Assembly: GCA_051294375.1 (NCBI GenBank) | Contig: JBJCIZ010000232.1 | Location: 1-7,097 of the forward strand | Direction of reading: 5' to 3' | DNA from: Paraspadella gotoi | Taxonomy: Eukaryota > Animalia > Chaetognatha | DNA: 7,097 bases | Part shown: piece after piece, positions 6,853-7,097 of the stretch | Layout of the letters: each line of letters starts with the position of its first letter | Numbering within the stretch: position 1 is the stretch's first letter | Notes under the pieces: generated by a model | What the model was told of the DNA's origin: nothing | Databases searched by the model: none | The model's input: only the letters and a program-made list of their open reading frames with translations | Made by a program: the position numbers and the translations under genes

Positions 6853-7097
6853 CACAGATTGACCCAAAAGTATTATTTTTAGATATAGGCTTTATAATAG
6901 TGTAAAGTAATAAAAGTTTGAATTTGATAAAACTGAACCTCACCCATGACAAATGAAAGATTTACCCTCGCTTTTTTAATTACCTCCAAGTGGCCCCAAA
7001 ATTAAAATTCTTAAATAATATTAATTTTTTTACTATCATATCTTATTAGCTCAAAAAAAAATGATAATGCTCACTCTTTTCCTAGTGATGTATAATA

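Noticed and set aside
6975-6991. TTTAATTACCTCCAAGT resembling nematode spliced leader SL1
   Set aside because: Partial gapped match in AT-rich DNA, with no TTGAG-GT donor or Sm site following.

Overview
AT-rich, repeat-dense DNA that looks like non-genic metazoan sequence (inference; no intact host gene, RNA gene or prokaryotic feature is visible). The window is a nest of transposon remnants. (1) A frameshifted CRE-clade-like non-LTR retrotransposon RT fragment (1081-1576, resuming about 2534-2592) is split by a ~957-bp TIR element that carries a TTAGGG-containing 17-bp tandem array. (2) Three small Penelope-like (PLE) pseudo-LTR insertions share an inverted-arm plus tail architecture (about 2094-2340, 3133-3305 and 4928-5140). 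Each carries a type I hammerhead ribozyme motif: decayed, half, and intact on the minus strand at 4980-5027. The youngest is an 83-bp perfect palindrome with a 12-bp target-site duplication. (3) There are two copies of a long-TIR, TTAA-flanked (Kolobok-like) element. (4) Three diverged copies of a decayed, possibly gag-like coding segment lie at 5770-6666. (5) AT and GA simple repeats are also present. Several supplied ORFs are demonstrably artefacts of repeats or wrong frames, and none is supported as a gene. All calls were made by eye, with no database searches.
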